Below, one piece after another: positions 23,830-34,704 of a DNA stretch of 62,007 bases; position 1 is the stretch's first letter, and each line of letters starts with the position of its first letter. The stretch covers positions 441,821 to 503,827 of the forward strand of contig WELB01000015.1 in NCBI GenBank assembly GCA_009602725.1, given 5' to 3'. The translations under genes and the position numbers were made by a program. The notes under the pieces were generated by a model. The model had not been told where the DNA came from and did not search any database. It saw only the letters and a program-made list of their open reading frames with translations. Source of the DNA: Spirogloea muscicola. Taxonomy: Eukaryota.

Positions 23830-25020
23830 TGTAACGTCCCCACCCATTACGTGACGTTTAATTTTGGATTAAACGCTAACGCGTAGTAACGGCGCGCGGC
23901 CCCAGTATCTTTGGCGTGCGACACCTGGGCGACGCGCGACAGTGACGCAAGCGCCGCGGCTCGCCGGAGCTGTGACATATCTGTCCCTGATCACACAGTT
24001 GAAGTCAGAATGTCCTGGTTTGGATCTGAGCATCGCTTGTTTTAAGAGACAAACCCCCAGCACGGAGAAGCACCACATTCATACGCAGCGGATTACCTTG
24101 CCCTGAGGCGCTGCCGACAGGCGGCGACTCACCTCTCGGTACGGGCCAGCAACTGTCCCCAGAGGGAGCAGCCACAGTCTATGTAATGAATCTCGCCCTA
24201 AACACGCAGTTAGAGAGAGAGAGTCCTTATTGTATTCGAGCATAGGGGGTTTAGGGGCCAACCCACTACACAAGGAAGCACTAGCGCATAGCGCAGCGGA
24301 AGACAGGCCCTGTGGCGCCGCCTTGACGGCGACTCCACCTCCTGGGCGCAGGCCGGCGCAGCAGGCCCCGCAGCGCAGTGCGGCGGCGGCTGCGGCGGCG
24401 AGCAGCGGCAAGGCCGCTCCAAGGCTTCCTCGGCTCGAACTGATTGATGAGCCTCAGCCCCTGAGGTTCCTCAATCCAGCTGGCAGGTCACCTGGCCCAA
24501 ATAGTCGGTCATGTAATGCCAACAAAGCCAGGTGGCTTAACCAGACGGCTGTTTCATTACAGTCTACCTTCAGAAGAGCCGATGAAGATCCGCAGGGACA
24601 GGTTGCGGCGTCGGGCTGCAGCAGCAGGCAGCAGCAGGCCTGCGTGGAGGAGCTGCTGCAGCAGGCGGCAGCAGGACTGAGCGCCTCTCTCTCACGTGGG
24701 CTTCGCAGACTTGGACCGGGTGCCCTGAGGCTGGGCTCAGCCCTACTTATAGTGCTTCGTGTGCCACCCTCCCCAGGGGTCTCTGGGAGGCTCGCCTCAA
24801 GGCTTACCCTCGAGAAGGCGGGCCCGACAAGGGGGATACGATCGTGAGAGCGGCGGCGCCGCCCTCGCGGCGTGGTGCCGCCCAGCGCGGTGCCGCCCTG
24901 CGCGGCGCTGGCGCCGCCAGGCGCGTCACAGCGCCACACGCTTCACAGGCATGTCACTACGGGCTCAGCGGCCCGGCGGCCATGCCGCCGGCGGCTCGGC
25001 GGCCATGCGGTGGCAGCTCC
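23830..25020. mobile_element. Rearranged A2 LTR: 23830-23970 on +, remainder inverted (23971-25020)
   Basis: Start matches 9902; reverse complement of 24562-25020 matches ~10040-10490; GGAGC and GCTCC lie at the two breakpoints. Confidence 0.75.
24182..24561 (-). mobile_element. Solo LTR, family C, internally deleted
   Basis: TGTAATGAA/TTCATTACA; TSD GTCTA. Confidence 0.9.
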
Positions 25021-27758
25021 TGTAACGTTCCCCCCGTGTAACATGCCAACGGTGCCGGTACCATTACATGATCGTATCGTATCTACCGTTGGGGAGTTAC
25101 AAACGGTACGGGTAACTTCGCTGCACTCTGTGTAGCTAAGTGAGGGCTGATGTAACGTCCCCGCCGTTACGGGACGCTTTAACTCCGAGTCAAGCGCTAT
25201 TGTATAACCACTGACGCGCACGTGCCTGACGCGTGCGACGCGCGAGCGACCCGCGCGAGGTGTCGCGCGGTGTGACGCGCGCCCTGCTGACGATGTGACG
25301 TGCAGGCGCGCCGCCTCCAGCAGAGGTGGCGAATCCTGGACTCCCATAACGGAGCTTCTCGGCATATTCCTGAATCTGCCGCCGTGCTCGCAATGACGTG
25401 TATGCGACAAGTGTGGCGCGCCCGTGACGCCGCGCCACACCTGTGACCCACGGGCGGCGCCGCAAGCCGGCACCGCAGGGCGCCGCCGCTCGGCGGCGCC
25501 GCAGGACGGCCGCCGCTTCCAAACGGGAGCCGCGTACTAGATTCCCCTTGTCGGCCCCGCCTTCCCGAGGTGGGCCCTGAGACGAGCCTTCCAGAGAACC
25601 CTGGGAAGGGTGGCACATGAAGCACTACAAGTAGGGCTGAGAGCAGACTCGGGTCACCGGGTCAACATCAGTGAAGCCCGCGAGAGAGAGGCGCAGCTCC
25701 GCTGCCGCCTGCAGCCGCAGCCCGCCGACGCAGCCCTGCTGCTGCTTGCTGCTGAAGCCCGTCGCCGCATCCCATCGTCGCGGACCTTCATCGGCTCTCT
25801 GTGAGTAAGACTGTGACTGCTCCTTTGGGGATAGTCGCTGGCCTGTACCTGTGAAGTGAGTCGCTGCCTGTCGGCAGCGCCTCAGGGCGAGACTTCCGCT
25901 GCATATGACACGTGGTGCTTTCACTGTGCTGGGGGTTTGTCTCTAAACCCCAGCGACCGAAATCAATAAGGACTTACTGACCCCTGACTGTGCCCTTAAG
26001 GGTCAGGGTCATCACAGCTGAGAACCTGGGCATGCGTGGCACGCGCCCCGCGACACGCACTGCACGCGCCACGTGCGGCGCGTGCCACGCGCAGCACGCG
26101 CTACGCGACTCGCCTTTCAATTTGTCTGGCTCGCGCCACGCGCAGCACGCGCTACGCTACTCGCCTTCCCATTCGTCAGGCTCGAGCCACGAGCAGCATG
26201 CGCCACGCGGCACGCGCTGCATGCGCCACGCGCGGCACGCGCCAGTCCCCTAGATCCGTATTACTGTATCCCATTCGTCAGGCCCGCCCCTCCTGGGGAG
26301 GACCTTGGGGGCTACCCTCGTCACACCCTCTGGGGAGGGGCGGCAGGAGAAACGCTACAAGTAGTGGGCCGAGGCAGACTCTGCAGCCCGACCAACGCCC
26401 GAGGTAGACACGGCCCTGCTGCTGCCTAGCCAGCCCCGCTGCTGCGTGCTGCTGCCGCCGCCGCCACAGCTCTGCTGCTACCGCCTGCTGCCAGCCCGTC
26501 GCCGCAGCTCATCGCTGCGGGCCCCGCCGGCTCTCTGTAAGTCTATTGGTTGGGTCACCGCCTTAGGGCGGTGCCTCAGGGTAAGACTTCCGCTGCGCTC
26601 TGTGCGCGTATGTGCGTTGGCGTTCTCCTGTATGAGGGTTGTCTTTTAAAACCCAGCGACCGAACCAACGAGGACGCCCTAACCCCTTATTGTCTGTATA
26701 GGGATCAGAACGCCACATTTTGTATCAGAGGAGTCCTTGCATCTTGCTAGCCTCGTATTTTGTGATGATAAGGCTGACCATGCAAGGTTCCTTCTGATGC
26801 TCTGGCACTGACTAGTCTCTTGTGACTTAGATCTCTTCTTGCCAGAGTGTTCCCGTGGATCTGCATCGGCGGGCTGATCGGTGCTGTAAACTCTCGGCCG
26901 CTGCATCCACGCATCTGGGGTCGGCCTACATCAATTGGTTCTCCACCCCGTCGGCAATCACAAATGTCAGGTCAGTTTCGCCTGCATAACGACCTGCGGT
27001 CGGCAGATTGCCTGTCTGCGTGACAAGGAGGTGAAACCGACCACCGCTGGGCAGCATAATCTGGCTTCGTGCCAGAAACCGGTCCGTACACCAGTACATT
27101 GGTCACTTGGGTATTGGAAACACAAGAAAAGCTATCAACCTTCTTTTATAGTGGCCGTTCTTGTAAATCCAGTATTTGTGAGGACTTGCGCCAGCTGCCA
27201 GCGAAGCACGGTACGGCACGCTCTTCCAAGCCTCCGCCAAGTTGCTGGCATGTCTGTGGACCGAGTAAGGGGACTGCACGGAGTACCCGAGCGAATCGTA
27301 TAACCGCGATCCTCGCTCCACGGGTCACTTCTGGAAAGAAGTGTGCAGGCTTATTGGCACTAGCAATCCATGTCCACAGCTCTCCACCCAACTATCAGAC
27401 GGACAGACTGTGAGGTTGAAGCGGTTTTTGGCAGACATGCTAAGGCATTTTGTAATCCTCAGTCCAGCTGACTGGGACAAGTACCTTGCTCCAGCGAGGA
27501 TGCTGTGAACACCGCCTTTCATGACTCCTAAAAGCACACCCTTCTTCCCGAATGTCAGCATCCTCGATCACCTTTGCCGGTGGGGAGGCCGAAGCGCGTT
27601 CTGGGCGCAGTAAGCTTTACCGGTGACCTCCTGGAGGCTCAGCGGAGGGCTAAGCAGTTCTTGACAATTGCTCACAACCGGCAAAAGCAGTATGCTGATT
27701 TATACCGCAAGAATGTGTCCGTCGACGTGGGTGCCCCAGTGCTATTGAGCACTAAGCA
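25021..27758 (+). mobile_element. Family E 5' LTR (25021-26717) with degenerate PBS, leader and integrase remnant
   Basis: TGTAACGTT...ACGCCACA, then TTTTGTATCAGAGG; leader homologous to 28729-29100; LHGVPERIV and VDVGAPVLLSTK remnants. Confidence 0.8.
25151..26016 (+). mobile_element. Solo LTR, family A
   Basis: TGTAACGTCC...CATCACA; TSD GCTGA. Confidence 0.92.
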
Positions 27759-28728
27759 TGTAACGTCCCCGCCGTTACGGGACGCTTAACTCCGAGTTAA
27801 GCGCTACCGTGTAACCAACTGACGCGCACGTGCCTGACGCGTGCGACGCGCATGTGACGCGCGAGCGACCCGCGCGAGGTGACGCGCGGTGTGACGCGCC
27901 TGTCAGCAATGTGACGCGCAGGCGCGCCGCCTCCAGCAGAGGCGGCGGATTCCTGGCTTCCGGAGAGAAGCTCCTCGGCATATTCCGGTATCTGCCGACA
28001 CACTCATGATGACGTGTATGTGACACGTGTGGCGCGCCCGTGACGCCGCGCCACACCCTTGACGCACTGGCGGCGCCGCAAGCCAGCGCCCAGGCGGCGC
28101 CGCAAGCCGGCGCCGCTGGGCGCCGCCGCAAGGCGGCGCCGCCAGGCGCCGCTCGATGGCGCCGCAGGCTGGCCGCCGTTGGCCGCCATTGGCCGTTGCT
28201 GGCCGCCACTTCCAGAAGGAAGCCGCGTGGCCTGGCCACGTAGTAGATTCCCCCTTGTCGGGCCCGCCTTCTCGAAGGTGGGCCCTGAGACGAACCTCCC
28301 AGAGACCCCTGGGGAGGGTGGCACGTGAAGCACTACAAGTAGGGCTGCGAGCAGACTCGGGTAACTCGGTCAATCTCAGTGAAGCTCGTGAGAGAGAGGC
28401 GCGCAGCCCTTCTGCCGCCTGCTGCCGCAGCTCGTCCACGCAGGCCTGCTGCTGCCTGCTGCTGCAGCCCGACGCCGCAACCCGTCGATGCGGATCTTTA
28501 TCGGCTCTCCTGTAAATAGACTGTGGCTGCTCCCACTGGGTACACTTGCTGGCCCGTACCTGAGAGGTGAGTCGCCGCCTGTCGGGGGCGCCTCAGGGCA
28601 AGGTATTCCGCTGCGTAGTACACGTGGTGCTTCTCTGTGCTGGGGGTTTGTCTCTAAACCCCAGCGACCGAAATCAATAAGGACTCACTGACCCCTGACT
28701 GTGCTCTTAAGGGTCAGGAACGTCTCAT

Positions 28729-28739
28729 TGGTATCAGAG
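28729..28739 (+). promoter_or_regulatory. Primer-binding site complementary to the 3' end of initiator tRNA-Met
   Basis: TGGTATCAGAG lies 1 nt after the LTR-terminal CA. Confidence 0.9.
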
Positions 28740-31700
28740 GAGTCCTTGCATCTTGCTAGCCTCGTATTCTGTGATAATACGGCTGACACATGCAAGGTTC
28801 CTTCTGATATTCTGGCACTGACTAGTCTTTTGTGACTTAGATACCTTGCCAGAGTGTACCCGTGGATCCGCATCGGCGAGCTGATTGGTGCTGTGGACAC
28901 TCGCCGGCTGCATCCACGCATCTGGGGTCGGCGAACATCAACTGGTTCTCCGCCCCAGCGGCAATCACAATTGCCAGGTCAGTATTTCGCCTGCGTATCC
29001 ACCTGCGGTCGGCGGATTGCCTGTCTGCGTGACAAGGAGGTGAAGCCGACCGCCGCTGGGCGGCGAAATCTGGCTTTGTGCCAGAAGCTGGTCCGTACAC
29101 CAGTCCTGGCCCCTCCCTCAGCTCGCTCGTGCGGCTTTGTGATTTGGGGGTATGACTTGCGCACTACCATGATGCTTTGCTTGCCTGGGGCACCAGCTTG
29201 CTCAGTAACATTGTGGTAGTATTGTCTTAGCCGTTGTGTCTTACGCCATCCACTGACTTGATCCCTCAGTGTGCTGGTGTAAAGGCATGGAGTCGGCTGA
29301 CACAAGTGCACAACCTAATCCTCCTCCACCGGTCGTACCTCCGGCTGAGGTCGAGGAGACGGAGAGTGAGTCGGCGGAGCTCCACGCACCCGACCTGGAC
29401 GGCCTGACTCCGGCCGAGGTGCAACGCCTTGTGCGTCTTGTGGAGCAAATAGCGGATGCCATTCCGAGTGATGATTCGCTGGCAATCCCGGAGTGGGAAG
29501 CGCCACGCGAAGAGATGCGAACAAAACTCGCCCGCGTGTATGCTGAAGAGCCGCGAGTTCGTCGCGTCAAGGCAAAATTACGCTATTTCAGGCAACTGGG
29601 CCGTGCCCGGCTGTGCCAGCGCTCCAAGCACGATGGGCAAGCTAGTCCTACCGCCTGGTTCCGCGAACTGAACAACTAGTTCATGATCTGCGCGACACCG
29701 TTCGAATTCCGCGTGGGAATTGCAGCTACGTATCTTACCGATGATGCTGCCGCATGGTGGAACACTGTGAAGTCGTCCTCCCACCCCAGAGTGTACAACA
29801 CTTGGGACTTCTTCCACCACTCACTCACCGCTATGTACGGATGATAAGTACGCGGAGCTTTACGCCCGCTGACTTTCACGTGACGTGTTATGTAACGTCA
29901 CCTCAACTTGTAGGACGTGTGTGTCTCCGCAGTCTGTTGTGCCAGTAGTACGCTCTTTGTATGGGCTTATGCAAGCGCTGGTGAATGAGCAGCCCCTTGT
30001 TGTATGGGTGACTTCTAATCAGTTGCAAGAATGCTCCAAACGTGCATGCGTACACGACCAGTTTACACGGTACTAAGGACAGTCCTCTTCATCGCACCGT
30101 GCAGTCGGGGAGGGGAGTAAACCCTCTACCTCCAGAAGAGTTGGCTTTGTCGTATCGCCGGAAGGCCGGCCACTCCCACGTGTAGTATGGACATGATGGC
30201 GTTTCTCCCACAGCTATTAAACTGCTCGTAGTTGTAGCTCGTAGCTATAATCTTACTGTTGTGTAAGTGCCTCGGCACCCGGTGCCATAGCGCCAAGATT
30301 GTAGTCCAAGGACTGGAGGCTGGTTGTCCAGCTTATAGCCTTGTCAACGCGGAGGCTTCTACCTCCTGTGTCAGTGAGAAATCTTCTGAGCAACAGGGCT
30401 TTGGTTGTAAAGCCTACTGGTATCTTGCAACTTACACTGGCAAATGGACAAAATGCAAAAAAGTCATTGGCAAATGTCGGCTGTGTTGTTGATCAGCACG
30501 GGCTTGCCGGATTTCATCAGTCTTGTACGAGCTGGGCTCTGATGTAGTAACGCCCAAACCAAGCTGGCCTAGTTGTGGCTTCTGTCCGTGGAAGTTGTGG
30601 ACTTGATCGTGATATCAGTACTGTGTAATGCCACGGCACAGGTGACCCCTGCTTCGGCACTCACCTTGCGATGCCTACGTAATAGCGTGTATGGACAAGA
30701 CCATGTACGGCCCAATGTCCTGCCCGAGTACGGGAGCCCATATGCGGAATGGTGAAGATTGCGCCATTGGTCCAGCGATGTACCTGAGTGCACGGTGCAC
30801 TTGAGTGTAAGCCGCCGGCTTATGACGCCTTCAGCGGACTAGTGCATTTTGTGTACTGAGGGAGGATAATCGTCTCTGCCTTTGGTTAACAAAGGGTTGA
30901 CCTGTATGGGATTGCTTTGACCAGCACCCTGGCAAGCTGAGCCGGAAGGCTGCACTTGAAGACGTACTCTCACATGCATCCAGCTTTGCTGAGTATGTGA
31001 TCGTGATAATGCGCACAGAGTCTCCCCCTGACTCTGTTGTGAGTATTGTATCTCACATGGTGTGACTCTTGACAATTATGGTGCGGTGCACCCATCGTCT
31101 TTGTTGTGAATTAGGCTGAATCTTTGGATGTGCATCGAGTACAAGCTCTGAACGAGCTCACTGTCGAGATAGCATGCCATATGCTTAGCATTGACGATCT
31201 GTAACATCGTCTTGCGGGAGCTTATGTGTATAGCTCCCCCCGCTTTGCAAAGTGGTGATAACCATTTTCGTCTCACACCTGAGGAAGTCCCGTTTGGCTT
31301 GTTGTAGGCCGCTCGGCTACTTTTGCTGCAAGATGCTCCGTTTTGGTTTCACCAAAAGCACTTGCCACGTGTCAGGTTGTGGTGATGAGGTCTTTGGCCC
31401 CCTAAGGTATGAATCTGTGCTGGTTCGAGTAAAAGGCAGACTGGTGTTCTGTAAAACGCCTGAGGTTTACGCACCGCACCTGCAGCATGTACTGCAATTG
31501 CTGAGTGCAAACCGTATGCCGAGATATTTGTATAACCAGCCGGAACCTTTATAGGGCAAAGACGGGGTTCGCGTCAACCCCACAAAGTAATAAAGGACTA
31601 TAATCGTCAATGTGCCACGGAATGTACCACAGTTGCGTTCCTTCTTGGAATTCGCAAACCCCTTCCGTAAGTCTCTGTGAGAATACGGAAGTATGGCATC

Positions 31701-33768
31701 TCCTCTTACGAAGCTCACTCGTATGGACGTCAGCTGGGTGTGGACGTTCAAATGCCAGAGCGCATTTGAGGATTTGAAAACAGGTCCTGGTACATCCACC
31801 CGTTTTGGCCTTGCCTCGAGAAGGCTAGCCATTTCAGTAGTGACGCCTATTTGATCGGCACTCGTGCCGTTCTCTTGCAGGAGGGTCACCCTGTAGCAAT
31901 TGAAGGTAGCCTGCCTTGTCCTGCAGAGTGTAACTTCGCTACGGGAGAGCAAGAGCTCCTTGCTAATGTGCTCGCCATACTTTTGTGGCGCTGCATTCTC
32001 GTGGGTGTTGCATGTACGGTTGTACCGGGTCATTGCCCGTTGACCTACTGTCTCACACAACAGCAATCGAGCAGGCGTCAAGCACCGTGAGCTAAGTGCA
32101 TGACCACGTTCCATTTCCAGTGGTTGTACCGCTCTGGAAGTATGAATATGCGGATTCGATGAGCCGTAACATTACAGAGGCTGCTGTGGCGGCTGTCTTG
32201 CACGCTTCAAGGGTTCAAACCGCAGACGTGCGGCCTACTCGTGGAGCTGCTCGGCAGTCTACCGCCAACCTCTCTGAGCTGTATGTGCGTTTTCGTGATG
32301 GGTATGGTACAGACCCATGGTTTGCAGATGAAACCAATACACGCACACTTGTAAATGACCAAGGCTTTCTATGGCGAGGTGACGCCATTGTAGTCCCTGA
32401 CTGCAATGCCTTGCGCAGCAGTAACTTGCAAGAACTGCATGAGCCTCCGTACAGTGGTCATTTGGGTATGGGAAAGTCAAAGAAAGCTGTCCGGCTTCTC
32501 TTTTGATGGCTGGACTTGAAAGTCCAAGCGAAGTCTTCTGTGAAAACTTGTGCCACCTGCCAGCGCAGTAAGGCACGCTCTCATAAGCCTGCCGTATTAC
32601 TCCACCAGTTGGAGATTCCTCCGAGGAACTGGTCTGATGTGGATTCATCACCCAGTTGCCGATGACGCGGAACAGCTGTGACGCCATCGTCGTATTTGTG
32701 GATCGTTTGAGTACAATGGCGCATTTTGTGCCTACGACCACAAAGGTGTCAGCCAATGAATTTGCTGGTCCGTTCGTGGATCGAGTATGGAAACTGCACG
32801 GAGTTCCCAAGCGAATCGTGTCTGACCGCGACCCTCGCTTTACGGGGCACTTCTGGAAAGAAGTGTGCAGGCTGATTGGCACCCAGCAATCCATGTCCAC
32901 GTCTTTCCACCCTCAAACAGATGGTCAGACGGAATTGGTGGATCGGGTCTTGTCGGACATGATAAGGCACTTTGTAAGCCCCAGCCGAAGTAACTGGGAT
33001 GAGTATCTTGCTTCAGCAAGCAATGCCTTCCATGAATCCACCCAATTCTTCCTCAACTACGGTCAGCATCCCCGAATACCTTTACAGGTTGGGAGGCCGG
33101 AACACGTGCCGGCCGCTGTAACCCTTTTACCAGTAACCTCCTGGAAGCTCAGCGGAGGATTAGGCAATGCTTGGAGATTGCCTAGCAACGGCAAAAGGAG
33201 TATGCCGATCGAAGTCGTCGAAATATATCCTTCGACACTGGTGCTCAAGAGCTCTTATACCAAGTGATAAGTGGTGATCAGAGCACACAGCACCCCTCCT
33301 TGCAGGCTGTCGGTAATCCTAAGTTGCTGCCACTGTGAGTTGGACCCTTTCGTATAATGCGCCGCGTCGGTCTGGTCGCTTATAAGCTGGATACACCGGT
33401 ACAATGGAAATTCCACAACGTATTCCATTTGTCCCAGCTCGAACCATACCATTTGGATGGTCGTGTCCAACCGCCCCCACCTCCCCTCGTCGTTGGGAAT
33501 GAGGAGTATGGTGGAGGAGATCATCTCTAACCGCGACAAAGTCCGTGGGCGACGTAAGTCCCAAAAGTATTTTGTCAAGTGGCTCGGTTATGGACCTGAG
33601 CACAATACGTGGGAGCCGGCGGCCAATCTTGCCCATTGTCGAGCCGTTCTCCGTAAGTATCTTGCCAAAGGGCATTCCCCTTTGCGTCGTAGTACCACAC
33701 GCCCCCGTCGAAGTTAAGCTCTTCGGTTTTGTGGTGTCATGTCCTAGTTCCCGAGGACGTGAACATCT

Positions 33769-33781
33769 AAGTGGGGAGGAA
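33769..33781 (+). promoter_or_regulatory. Polypurine tract
   Basis: AAGTGGGGAGGAA abuts the TG of the 3' LTR; the same motif precedes 13465 and 21276. Confidence 0.9.
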
Positions 33782-34704
33782 TGTAACGTCCCCGCCGTTA
33801 CGGGACGCTTGACTCCGAGTTAAGCGCTATCGTGTAACCACTGACGCGCACGTGCCGGACGCGTGCGACTCGCGAGCGACCCGCGTGAGGTGTCGCGCAG
33901 TGTGACGCGCCTGCTGACGATGTGACATGCAGGCGCGCCGCCTCCAGCAGAAGTGGCGAATCCTGGACTTCCAGAGAGAAGCTCCTCGGCATCTTCTGGT
34001 ATCTGCCGACACACTCGTAATGACGTGTATATGACACGTGTGGCGCGCCCGTGACGCCGCGCCACACCCGTGACGCACTGGCGGCGCTGCAAGCCGGCGC
34101 CGCAGGGCGCCGCCGCCAGGCGGCGCCGCTGGCTGGCCGCCGTTGGCCGCCAATGGCAGCCACTTTCAGAAGGAAGCCGCGTGGCCTGGCCACGTACTAG
34201 ATTCCCCTCGTCGGGCCCGCCTTCNAGATTCCCCTTGTCGGGCCCGCCTCCCCGAGGTGGGCCCTGAGACGAACCTCCAAAGACCCCTGGGGAGGGTGGC
34301 ACATGAAGCACTACAAGTAGGGCTGAGACCAGGCTCAGGGTAATCGGTCCAAGTCAGTGAAGCCCACGCGAGAGAGAGGCGCGCAGCCCTTCTGCCGCCT
34401 GCTGCCGCAGCTCGTCCACGCAGGCCTGCTGCTGCCTGCTGCTGCAGCCCGACGTTGCAACCCGTCGTTGCGGATCTTCATCGGCTCTCCTGTAAGTAGA
34501 CTGTGGCTGCTCCCACTGGGGACAGTTGCTGGCCCGTACCTGAGAGGTGAGTCGCCTGTCGGCGGCGCCTCAGGGCAAGGTATTCCGCTGCGTAGTACAC
34601 GTGGCGCTTCTCTGTGCTGGGGGTTTGTCTCTAAACCCCAGCGACCGAAATCAAGAAGGACTTACTGACCCCTGACTGTGCTCTTAAGGGTCAGGAACGT
34701 TTCA

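Larger units (their letters stand above)
27759..34704 (+). mobile_element. Two-LTR Ty3/Gypsy chromovirus, family A (5' LTR 27759-28727, 3' LTR 33782-34704), coding region decayed
   Basis: PBS at 28729; gag from ~29288 (..AATYLTDDAAAWW..TWDFF); RT, RNase H, integrase and chromodomain remnants at 31100-33720; PPT at 33769-33781. The flanks AAGCA and TCAGG do not match. Confidence 0.9.

Noticed and set aside
28640..28662. TAAACCC / GGGTTT telomere-like motif in LTRs
   Set aside because: It is a single unit within a GGGGTTT..AAACCCC hairpin of the LTR core, not an array.
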